A stretch of 64,000 nt of DNA, taken from contig OZ176050.1 in assembly GCA_964247055.1 (NCBI GenBank), forward strand, positions 5,456,001 to 5,520,000, written 5' to 3'. Shown here piece by piece: positions 11,574 through 24,700 of the stretch. The first letter of the stretch is position 1. Each line of letters begins with the position of its first letter. Origin of the DNA: Paragordius varius (lineage: Eukaryota; Animalia; Nematomorpha). Under the pieces are notes generated by a model. The model searched no databases. It worked only from the letters and a program-made list of their open reading frames with translations, and was not told the DNA's origin. The translations under genes were made by a program, and so were the position numbers.

Positions 11574-14500
11574 ATGGTCGTGATGAATTCGGTTAATCAG
11601 TCACAAGAATACGTTTATGATGATGATGAAGAGGAAAGATTTAACGGTATTATTCCTGAAGAATCAGACAGCTATGCTAGTATGAAAATGAATGGATTAG
11701 GTTTCGTATCTTTTAATAATTTAAGATCATACCACTGATTTAGATTTTATTAATCACTTTTCTGCGATTAAGCTAACTGAAAATTGCCTTGATCAAAGTA
11801 AAATTTTATATAACTGCAGTTGTGTCAGATACTCAATCATTAAATATGTTACAAATACCTAATTCCAATCAAGTATCAGTTTTTTAAATTAGAAGATCCC
11901 CTATACACGAGATTCCTTATATGTAAATTTTGACCCAATATATAATAATAATGATCATAATATTAGCGAAAATTTATATTCCACACACGAATATAATCTT
12001 TTATCGACACCAAAGATTCATAATACATCTCTCCAAGATAAAGATAAAAGGTATGACATAAAGACAATTTTTCACATTTTAAATTATGTACTCATTTATC
12101 ATTTACAACGTGTATCGAAAATTTTAATAATAATTAGATAAAAAATTTAATATTTTTATTCAAATATATTTTTTTAGCGAATTTCACACACCTCCCGAAT
12201 CAAATTTGTTAGATATTACTTGTTGTGGTACTACCACCGTTTTGGCAACAGCCACAGAAATTCGTCATAAAAGATCTTCGTTCCCAATTGGATTCAATAC
12301 CATAACTAAATGTAAACCTCCTAACTCAAACAAATTATCACCGTTTAACATAAACGATATCAATGCAACTATTGATAATAATATCCATCTTGAAACTCCA
12401 AAATCATTGAATGATTTGTCTTCTAATAACGCGAATGAAACTATTTATAGGGACAGGGGAGTAGTTGATGATAACAAATCTCCCTCTGTTATAACGAATC
12501 GAAACTCCATGCCATTTGGGAATACGATTGTTAAGGTTAAAAAGGCTGCGATTACTGGTTCACCTCGTCCTGGTTCAGCACATATTGGTTCTGGTAATAT
12601 TTTACATTTTGTCCCTCCAACTTTTTATATATATTTTTTGCATATCAATATAAATTAATTTTTAAATAAATATTCTGTGACACCCATTTAGTAAAAATAT
12701 GGGGTTGCACAAATTTTGTGTATAATGAACCATATGGCATTAATTTGGAAGTTTTATAAAAAAAGAATGGGCCATACCAATTTTTATTTATATTGTTTTA
12801 CAATTTGTGTTTGTTTGAAATAATAGCCCTGTTATTACCCTGATCTAATATATTTTAAACATCGTTATAATATAATAATGTTATCCTCTGCGCAGATGTA
12901 AAAAAAGATTTATATCTTAGAAGATAATTATGAGTTTGTGGGTGATTCTGCCTTTAGTTAAAAACGTGTTTTAATACATACGGTATAAAAAATAGTTTTT
13001 TTAGATATTAAATCAATTTTTTACGGTAACACTATATAAATTATTTTATAAGCGAAAATCACAAGCTTGAATTAATTAGAGACTGTAGTATGAGCCAAAA
13101 TCAAATTTAACCAAACTATATTCGTGAAATATTTTAATGTATTTGGATATGTTTTTATTTATTTTATGTATAATTTGTTTTAAATTTTAATACTTAACGG
13201 TTAGTTATAAAAAATAGCCCAAATGAGGGACAACCCATTCGAAGTTTAATAGACAAACATTTCCACATAAATGTTTTCCGTGGATAAAATACCTAAAAGC
13301 TATAATAGATTAACCTTATATTGTAAACACTATTCAACGCTTCAATTTTTGCTCTTGAAACCTTCTTTTCGCGATTTTTTATATGCTTTTACCTCTTAAG
13401 CGTTCGAATGAAATAATTTATTTTTGGGTTGCACCGTATTAAATAATTTTTTAGAAAATGCAATAATAAAGCATAAATACTATGCAAGTTTTTTTATATA
13501 AAACAAGATAAAAACTGACTCAATGCAGACAAATAGTCATTGGGCATAAATAATCGTCTGATTTTAGAGCTTATGTTTTTAAAACATGATTGGAAACTAT
13601 CTTTTTTTGAAAGTAATTATTATATGTTTTTACAGATACCTTTTTGGGAAAATTAAATTTCGAAACTCAAAAGCGTGCTGATTCCCATTGTGACAGTATA
13701 AGTATAGAAAACCAACAAGTAACTATGCATTTTTTATTATAGACTACGCAATTTGCGTCAGAACAAAATGTTGATCACAAAATGTGCGCATTAAAAGAAC
13801 AAATATCTCAATTGCAAAACGAACTTTCAAATAAGAATGATTGTTTGAGTTCTGTATTAGATGTTTTGGAACTATATCAAAACGTTATTACAAATAAAAT
13901 TGACAATGGTGACGATAACGGTATATTTGGTTTTATTTTTTAGAAAACTCTCAATATCAAGAACTAATGAGAGAAAGAGATCAAGTATATTTTATTATCT
14001 ACATCACATTTACTTACGTTATAAATTCACTTAAAAGAATGTTTTTATATAGTTATTTTACGATTTTATCAATATCATAATAAATTGTTAATGCCCTAAG
14101 TTTAAGTTGTTCATGAATATATAAATTTATCTTAAATATATGTCAAAACCTTTTAGCAGATTAAGCTTATCCAATAAATACATGTATTGTTAAATAATTA
14201 ACAAAAAAGTCAAATATTTGTTATTGGCATAGTTTACCATTTTTTGATTTTTAAATTCAAATATTTTTGAAAAATTAAAATCACATTTGATAAAATTAAA
14301 TTAAAAATCATAAATTTTACCACAAATGTAAGAGGTAAAAACACATAATTTTTATTGAGGTGCATTTGAAATATTTAACGTTAGGAGTAATTATAAGGTT
14401 TCAATGTGTTTAATGGTAAATTTGGAGTGTTAAAACAACTTTGAAATGGCGAAGGTTAAAAATGCAAACGAAAATGTTTACGGTTTGAAGTAGTTAAGGG

Positions 14501-15154
14501 TAAATTTGGTGAAGTTGGTGTGTTATGTTAACTTTAAGGTAATAGTATAAATAATTATTTAGAATCCCTTTTTTCATTATATTTTTTATTTTCACGTTTT
14601 TATTTTTTAATTAATATTTGATGTCTATATTTATCGATTCTCATAATTTTCTTATTTTAGTTGACAGAAGATGTTAAAGGCGTTGAAATCGCATTTTCTG
14701 ATTTACATCGACGTTACGAAAAATCTAAAGCCTGCGTGGAAAAATATAAAGCTGTAACACTAAATTTTTATTCATTATTTTAGAACGAACAAATATTAAA
14801 AGATAGTTTGTGCAACAAAGAAAAGGATTTTATGGAGCAAATTCAATCTTTTGAGAGTTATAAAAATCAATCAGAATTTGAAATGAAAAGGTTTCATTAT
14901 TTTTTACACCATAATTATAAAGACTCTTGGAGGAAAATAATCGGTTGCGTAATAATAACGCTTCGGAAAACATGGCATTACAGGTTAAATTTAAGAAACT
15001 CGAAATGAAAACACAAAGCTTGGAAAGAGAATTAATGCAAAAGGTTTAATTAATATTTAATTGGATTTTTTTACCACAGAATGAAGAAAATGCTCAATTA
15101 AATAGCATGCTTGATGCAATGATAGCGAAAGAATTAACTTCCACACAAAATTAG
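11574..15154 (+). CDS. TACC: Transforming acidic coiled-coil protein (TACC)
   Basis: Twelve in-phase exons: 11574-11700, 11726-11797, 11820-11872, 11893-12050, 12178-12593, 13636-13718, 13743-13920, 13944-13984, 14661-14753, 14784-14890, 14923-15043, 15080-15154. RDSLYVNFDP motif. C-terminal TACC domain: RERDQ|LTEDVKGVEIAFSDLHRRYEKSKACVEKYKA|NEQILK..LQVKFKKLEMKTQSLERELMQK|NEENAQLNSMLDAMIAK. Confidence 0.88.
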
Positions 15155-15767
15155 TATAGGCACTTTTGCGATATAACAAACCAATATCCAAAAATTCCAT
15201 CCAATTTTTCACAAATATAAATAAATTTATTATAAAATTAATAACAGCATAATGTTGTGATCCATTAGTTTTCCAGAAAATTGTACATACATACATACAT
15301 ATATTTATGCACACAATAAATAAATTTTTTTATTCATTGTTTATTTCCCGTAATTGTGTAATCTTTAATCCTAATAACATAAATTGTGGGTTTATTAGAA
15401 ATATTACTATATAATGATTTAAGGGTTGTGTCGTATTACTGTAACTTTTATTATTTTTTACAAAACTAACTAGTTTTAAAACCAGTGCATTTATAATTAA
15501 ACTTTTAAATTATTTTGAGTTTAATAAGGACCCTAATGGAGCGATTAATTTTAATGTTTTAATTAACAAAATTTATAGAAAATTCTTCATTTTCGCAATG
15601 ATCAAAGAGTAATGATAAAATTTAAAATAAGTAAAATATTTAATATTTTTATTTTAAAATTTCTTATTGAAAGGAAACTATTTTAAATTAAATTATATTT
15701 TATAATAATCACCCCATATAACAATTTTAAACTTGCACTAAAATTAGTTTATGATTTGCTATAAAAC

Positions 15768-18700
15768 TCAACTAATGTCTTAGGTAAAATAAGTTAAAAA
15801 CGATTTTAAATAAATAAAAGATAAGTCCATATAAACCGATAAATTCGATTAGTTGTTGTTTTTCCTTTAAATTTTCCATTAATGCTTCCAATAATTGATA
15901 ATAAGTAAAGAGAGTGTCCTTTGGCCACAATGTTTTGTAATTCATTCGTGGGAGAATAGAAATATTTTTCTCAATATCCCTTTCATCTAAGAATTTAATA
16001 CTTATTGAGTTTAATGTATGGTAAATAAATATTATGGTATGTATTGTTGATTAATTTAAGCAAAAAATATATCTTATATAAATTATTAGCCTTTTAAAAG
16101 CTTACTAATTATTTTGTGAAAATGTGTTCACTGGGGACATACATTAATTTTATTATATGAACAAAATTTTTCTATATTATATCTTATCTATATTTTTTGT
16201 AGTTTCTATTAAATAAAAAAAAATTTAATAATTTTTTTGAACCTTTTTCATCCGTTACGGACTCTTTATTTTTGTCGGAATCGTTTGTCGATGTTGTGTT
16301 TTCAGAAGTTGATCTAAAAAATAATTTTGAAACATGAATTAACATTGGGCACAAAATTGGTTATTCAATCAATTTAATATGTTAATCGCAAATATAATTC
16401 GATTCTCACATGCATTTAAATTTATTTCTCCACATTAACAAATCAAACGACTCGCATAACCATTAATATGACTGTTTACTGATAATTTTCAACTATACGG
16501 TACGTATAATCCGGCCGTCTCAAAAATATCCTCGTAAAATATATATTTATACAGTAGAATGTTTAGGGATTCTCATGGAGATTTGGTTTTGGGCCTTACG
16601 ATTAATTTATACAGATCTTAAATCATATATATATATATATATATAAACTATAAAAAAGGGCAAGACCATATACATATTAAATTTAAATTTTTAGATGATG
16701 AGCTCTTGAAGCAAATTTTTCGTCGCTGAAATGGGCTAGTTTTCCTAAAAATAAACGCATTTTGCGGAGATTGCATAAGAATTATGTTATCAAAGTAAAT
16801 TATACTTGAAAACAATTCAAACTTTGCTTTTAAAGTAAAATTGTAAAATTTTTAGGGAGGGTATTTTATGATATTATCAATTTGAATGGCATAAAAACAT
16901 AAGGTAATTTTAAACTTTGCCTATATAAATCGATGCTGCTGAAGAAAAATAATATATAGATATAGCTGTAAATATAATTATTTGCAATTGATTTTGCCAT
17001 ATAATTACATCAATATTTTAGATTTATTTCTTATTTTTTGTCTTGAGCCATTTAAAAAATGCGTATATTTATTACGAGAATTTTAGACATAGGAAAATCG
17101 CCAGTGCTTAGTCAAATACCTTAATCTTATATGCTAACCATATCTTTTAACTTTATAAATCCGCGCCCCAATTCTTTAGTAGAAATTACCAAATTTAATC
17201 AATTTAAATGGTCAAAAAGATTACGGTGGGTTAAATGGCGGAATAAAATAAAAATTATATGTTATTTTTAAAATTAGAATTAAGTAACAGTTTCGAAAAC
17301 GAAAGAGCCATCGAATTTTTACATAAATTATAACCCAATTATTTGTCACCTATTATGTAACATAATATGGTACAATTCATTTTCAATTTTATTTTAAAAA
17401 TTTTTTTCGAGTCATTGTTTTACTTAATCTCATTAGTAGATATACAGCAGTTTTATCAAAAGATGAAAGCTACTGGGCATAGAAAACTAAGGTAAAGCAG
17501 CCTCTTATCTTTTTTTATTTAAACTAAACTCTTGTGAATATATTGGTTGAACCTAAGTTTTTTGAAATACCTTTGCATTGATAATACAAAAGAAGCCTTT
17601 TCAAATTGGTCCTCTTTTTCCTGCACTGCAGCAGACATTTCAATTTCTTGTATTTCTTGAATCAATTCTTTCCGTATCATTTGAAAGTTATTAACTATTT
17701 AAGATAAACATATATATATATATATATATATATACAATTAGATAGAAAGTCTATTTTTCCCTTTTTTATAAACGGGTAACAACTTAAATTATTAAGGACC
17801 CATGAAAGTTTAAACACTTTTCTGCTGTGGACTGACACAGTGATGATGGATCGCGTATTTTCTGAGTTCGATATTGCAGTCTACACACAATATAAATCCC
17901 CCTGCCTACTATACCATCATACCTTCATTAACTTTATTAAAAGATAAATGTTGTAAAATGTCTATAAACAGTAATGACTGACATCAAACTCTTAATCTAT
18001 TTAAACCAGGGCTTCTTAAACTTTTGTAGTTCCCGAACCCATTTATGATTGCGAGTATGTTAACGAACCCAACAAATAAAAAAGAAAAATAAAAGTTTAT
18101 TCGAAATACCACTCAAAAATTTTATTGATATATTTATCAGGATTATATCGGTTTAAAGAGATTGACAAAAATAAAGCTACATTTTTTAATAATTTTTATA
18201 ACATTTTCTGATTCATAGTAAATTTATACAAGATACTAGCTGGCCCTGTCACGCTTCGCTGTGACGTAGCACCGATAATTATTCTTAATAATTTGCAATA
18301 AATAGAGATAATGGAGATAAAAAAATAATAAAAACATATTTAATAAAAAGAATGTCTTTTATTCTTTTACGGGTTTTTAGACAGGCTCAAATATTGTTTA
18401 CTCGAAATGAACCATATTTCAACTGTCCCTTATTAAAGTAAATATTCACTATCCAGGATTTATTTTAAGATTTTCGTTTTACAAAATCATGTTTAAAAGT
18501 TCTATTTTGAAATTGTGTTCACACAACTGAATCAAGGGATATAAACAGTTGTGGTCCCTTTTTAAAGGAAAGAATGATATTATACAAATTCCTCAGAAAT
18601 GTGTTCAACTGATCTCGTATGGCTCCTTAAGTTTTTTGAAAATCAGCTCCAAAACTACGCCATTTTCGTAGGCGTCTCAGTTTTAAACCACCCTACCCAT

Positions 18701-21700
18701 ATATGAGAAAAGCACTGAGTTAAATTTTTTGCCTTTATAGGGCAAATATTTGGAATCATCTTTGATACCATCGTCTCATGGGTTATTCGAAAAAATACCT
18801 TAACACTAAATAATCGTTATATGATGGCGTATTTTTAGGGCATAAAGGCCCCAAATTAACGTCTAATATTAAAAGCCCGATTATTTCAAGCTTTTAATGA
18901 GCTCATATGGCTACATAAATTTTCTGGAAATTAGCTCCAAAACAACGCAATTTCTATATAGTGGCGCAATTTTAGCGGCTATCGTTTACCCAGCAGCCAA
19001 TATCAATAAAACGCAAGACTAAAATTTTTGCCTTTTAAGAGGGATTACCTGGAATCCTCATTAAATTTTAACGGTCTCAAACCTTGGGCAAAAAATTATT
19101 TAGTTTTTTTAAAAAATGGCATTTTACGGGGGGAGCGAGTAAAAAGAGAGCCTAAATTAAAAAAGTAAGCCTAGTATGTTCGGCGCAATCGAAATAAAGT
19201 AAAAAAATCATATTTGAAATCGAATGGTCCTACATGTTTTCCGGAAAATTGTTTCAAAGACACGATTTTTGTGGACCTCTCATTTAAAAAAAAGTGAAGG
19301 CCTGATGAGGGCCTAATTTAAAAAATGGGCGAAGCTATTGTCGGGGCATTCATTAATGATTAAATTTTTTGACATTTGGATTTGAATAGGTCTAAAGGTT
19401 TTTCAAAAACAGATCACAAAACCAGCATTTTCTATTTTTATAAATATATGGAATATAATGATCATAGAAATGCTGGTATAAACAGTTTTTCTGAACCAGA
19501 AGATTTTATGATATATTTATCTACGATGATTGTTATTTTTATTTATAACAAAATTTTACAAGTTATAAAACATTTTTTGTTAAATTGTATTTTCATCACT
19601 CGCGATCCCAAATAGGGTGGCGACCCATAGTTTAAGAAGCCCTGATTTAAACGAATCATTATTTAGAATAAAGAAGTAAAAATTCCAAAACAATCGGGAA
19701 TGGAAAGTTTTCTATAACTTAGTATTTTTGAAATGTTGTTAAAACAAAAAATACCGTTAATATTTACCCATTATCCCGATGTAAAGATTTCGAAAAATAA
19801 AAGCAGCTAACAGTATCCAAGATATAAAATACAAGCTGCAAAGTATTGGGTCTTTGACATTTTTAGCATCTTCCAGCATTTCATGCCAACCATCCAGCGT
19901 GAAAAGACGAAACAATGTTGCCAATGTAAAAGCTATATTTCTAATTAATTCCAAATGGCCTCTTTAACATTGTCCATAAATATTAAAACATATAATATTT
20001 AGAAAACAAAGTTCAGTCTGATTTAAGCAATTAACATTCACAAATTCAAAGATAATTTGTATTTCTTACACACCGATGGCAGTCTGGAATATATCGTTAA
20101 ATATGTAAATTTAATTTTAATATTCGCCATTTAAAAGAAAAAATATTTTTCCAAAGTAATGAGAATTTGTTAAATTATAATCACTTTTTAATTAGTAATA
20201 GTTAAATTCAATTATAAACAAAACGTAAAAAGTAAAAAGACAAAAATATTAGTTAAAGAAAACCACATTAAAATTCAATTTTTTCCAATTCACACTATCT
20301 CCGATTTCGCAGCTTAAAAAGTTCAAAAAACGGTTAAAAAACATGGTTTTCGTTATAAAAAATATTTGTTTTTTATGCTTTTTAAAATTTTTAACCGTGA
20401 GAGTTTATATCCTACATTACTTGACAATGGATCTAAAGCTTAATTGATCGCTTATTTATATACATATTTATACCATGGATTAAAAACAAATGCTTAATTA
20501 ACAGTGTCTTATATTTGTTAAAATGTCCGCTGTTGTTATGGAATTCGCGCCTTTAATATATCATGTCATTTAACATAAATATATTTTGGAAAATCTCAAA
20601 AATCATTAATATTTATTTATCAAAACACATTTTTGAAAAATAGTCTTACTTAAAACTTGATTGATAACTCACAGTTGAATTGTTAATCATGCTGTATGAT
20701 TCAAAGTATGAAAGCCCGATAATCGAATAAATGAATGCAAAGATAAAAAATAGCACTGACAGGTAAATTCCAGACTATAATACATATTTATTGGATAAAT
20801 TATATTTTAATCGATTCAAAAATGGTAATATATATTAGAATCACAGATAATGCAGAGTTTGCTACTATATTACTTTTTGTGGTCATTTAAATAAATAATC
20901 ATAAAAAAATTCCTATATTTATACCATTACAATTCAAATTCATCCTCGAACAATTATACACCCTAATAAAATTTAATAGTTTTCGTGCTATAATATAACG
21001 CATCATTAATATGAAAAATATCTTTGAGGCATAGTTTATTATTTTTCTGTACTATATTAATTTTAAACAAAATTTCATTTTTTAATTAAAAATTTATGTA
21101 AAATCTTAAAAACACGTAATTTTTAGGATCAGTTAAAATTGTTCGAGGGTGAATTTGAATTGTTTAAGGGTGAATTAGGGCTGTAAATGGTATATCTCAG
21201 TTAATGTATACCTTGCAAAGGACCACATTAAGTTACATATAAAAACAATTTTTTTAAAAATATTCTTAGGGATAAAATTGTTGTTACATTGAATTAATCA
21301 AATAATTGCTATAGAGATCAAAATTACCCATATAAAATTATTATTATGAAAAAGAATTTAAAATACTTTAAACGAACGGCTCAACGCCAAAGCCACCAAA
21401 CGTAGAGATTGTATCCTTGGTATTAATTTAAATATTCGCAAAATGCGATATGATTTCATTGTATTGGCGAGGATCATCGTTTTACTATTTTGAGATAGGG
21501 GACCATGCACAGGTTGTGAAAGGTATAAAAATTCTGATAGGGTTGACTATCGTAAAAAAATAGAGGATAGGCAACAAATATCCAGATAAAACAAAGATGA
21601 ATCTTACCAATATAGTTATGAACGTATCAAAAACTTCCCAAGAATCCGTTATAAAGGATTTAGGTTCCTCGATAAATTTTATGAGTATATCAACTATGTA

Positions 21701-24700
21701 AATTGGTAAACAAGCATAGGTAACTACATCTAAAACGGTGAAAATATTGAAAATTTGATTAGCTTTGATTATTTCTTCCCGTTTGACTGCAAACCCTGTA
21801 AAGAATGGTAAATACTAAATACCAGCATCTAATCCAATTGTTATGGAGTTTATTACAATTATCCAAATCAAAACCTTATTCCAGCAATTACCTAAAAATA
21901 CAAACATGTCTACATAATATGTCTTAGAAAATAAATGCAAAAATACATACTTAATGCACACATTTTACAAAAAATTTTTTATCAAAAGTAATTTGTGGTT
22001 TTTGTGATATTTTTGCGTTTACCCACGTATTTATAAATGCCTAATTATGATATTAACTTATAAGATTGATTTAAACAATTTTTTTATTTTAAAGAAAATA
22101 ATCCAAAGAAAATACGCTTGATGCTTATTGGATTTATAGTTAATATCGTATATGAACGAAAAATACCAAATTTTTTTAACTACCTAGATTTGTTAATATC
22201 TAACAATAAATTCTCATGGCCGTATTTTAAACACCTAATATTAACTAAATTTAATGGAATAATTGAGATAAATTCCTAATATTATACTAATTTATTATAT
22301 ATTTAAATCTTATGTAGAGTTCATATCCAAAATTATGTTTTTAGACTCTTTCCCATAACTGCAATTTATCAAACATGGCCCTTAAAATTTTTTAATATTT
22401 TATACTCGCTTGTGTTAATATATAACTAGATATTGAATAAACCTTGACAATAATATACGGATGGGCTTTCCTCCTATTTCTACAATCAAAAAAATATTAT
22501 GATGAATAAATTATATTTGAATGCCAAATTGATGGTCATGTCACAGATCCAAAACGATTTTTTGAAAATTGCACTACATTTGAGTTCAAAATTATGATAA
22601 AACAAAAATTCTGATATGAACACGATTTCCCTATTTTTCTCAAAATAGCTAAAAATGGAAAATTCCAAATTTTTTGCAAAGTATTAAATAAAATTTTATA
22701 AATATCTGTCTGCTATACGCTCTCGATGAATCATTATAGGAAATAATTTTGTATTAATCTTAACTTTCGTCTTTTAATACCATATATTTGCCAAACTTCA
22801 AGATTGAATGCCATAAAATGCTTAAAATTATCAATTTATGTAAGGATTACTTTTTAGGGCATTGATTGATTTCAGAAAATATTAAATCATTTTTCTTACA
22901 AAAAAACTATTTATGCCATCTACTACATTATTGTTAAATACCGTATATTTTTAATTTTTTAAAGAGGTAAAACATATTTCATTTTTCAATGATTTTACTA
23001 TTTTAGAAATTAAAAATAATAGACATGTTTAACATTAATATAGATGGGAAAGATTGTCTATATTTTATGGCCGTATTCGTAATTTTTTTTGTTTATTATT
23101 TTTTATCTACTATACCATCCCTGGGTAAAATTTAAACAATTTACAATAATAGAAAATTTTGTTAATAAATAATCAATAATATTTTTCCGGCGAAACCAAT
23201 AATATTGTCTCGTCCATTTTTTAATTTACGGATGCGCAGATCATGGTTAAGCGCTTTATAACCCCCCCCCCCCACCCGAGCCTAAAAACTTAAATTTCAA
23301 AATTACTACCATTTATTATCAAAAAGAAATTATCGAACCTATATATCACATCTGTTATTGTGTCTTAGTGGATTGCTGTTATCATAATCTCTTTTATTGA
23401 AACGAGCTATTACCTTCCACAGAGTTACACAAATTAAATTGATCATTATGTGACTCATTCACTCACAACGACCCGTGGTAAAACTCTAACATTGGAGTTC
23501 ACTACTCAAAAGGCTTCGCAAGACCGCATTTTCGACCCAAAAAAACGACGGGCTGAATTAAATAAATGTAGAAACAAAAATCGGTATAATCTCACAAATC
23601 CAATCTATAAATATTCAATATCTTAACAATTAATTTAACCATTTACGGAACAATTAATGGTTTTTGATAGTGATATAAATAACATACAAAAAATATTTTT
23701 AAAGGCAAATATGATATTAGTATACAATTTAATTTTACCAAGATTTCGATAATATTTTTACAAATTATTTATTTTGATTTTAATTTGATATTTTTATAAG
23801 TTTTTAGCAACCAGCACAAAATGTCCCGGACGGCCGAATGTTGGACAAGATCTAAGAAAGACATAAAGTAATATACAATTGGGAATTTTACTCTGCATTA
23901 AAATATCTATAAATTTTTATTGGGCATTACAAAAATGGGTTGTGGATAAAAGGGAGAATATGTGCATTTTAATTGTAGGAAAATGTTTATTTACATGTAA
24001 ATGTCGATGGGAAATTTAATTAGTTAATTACTAACATTTATAAAATTTATGATGTAAAAGTAAAATAATGATCCAAAGAAACGTATAACCATACATATAC
24101 CAAAATTTAACTCCCGTGTATATATGATTATAAACTGAGTTTTCATCATAAAACAGTAAAACATTTGTTCCCGTGAGAGTCATCATATTGGAAACAACGC
24201 TGCACAGATAGAAAGGGTAATGTACAATAGTATAAAATATAAATAATTTGACATTTTTGTCATCATTAAAAAAAGTTAGCAACCAAAATGTTAGGCGTAT
24301 CCTAATTTTTTTATTCTTTTCACAATCAAATTTTTTGAAATTTTTTGCATTGCATATTACAGGGCCTGCATGTTCAGCATTATTACAATCCGATGAAATT
24401 AGAGTTTGTCGTTTGTGAATATTAAAACGATGTGCAAATTTATTCTTATTTTCCTTCTTGCCTCTCAAAATCAAAGCTAAAAATATTCCCGTAATTAGGA
24501 GCAACGGTAAAATATTAAAAGTAAATGTTCTGAATGAAAGCATAACAATCCAATTGACATTTAAGGACCTGCGTTTTGTCATAGTATGGATTCTAATAAT
24601 TTCTGTATTATGTTTGAGATAACAGATACGTTGATAAGAAAAGAGTAGCAGATTGTGAAGGTGGAAAAACAGGCAAATTCCGAATATCGCTATTTTAAGA

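Noticed and set aside
19376-19615. 79-aa ORF, and ORFs 39916-40119, 40295-40513, 40649-40831
   Set aside because: They lie inside non-autonomous repeat elements and show no Rep/helicase or transposase motifs.
21796-21822. CatSper2 as a pseudogene (in-frame TAG after S1)
   Set aside because: The stop lies in a 27-nt GT-AG segment, and all flanking exons are intact and phase-consistent.
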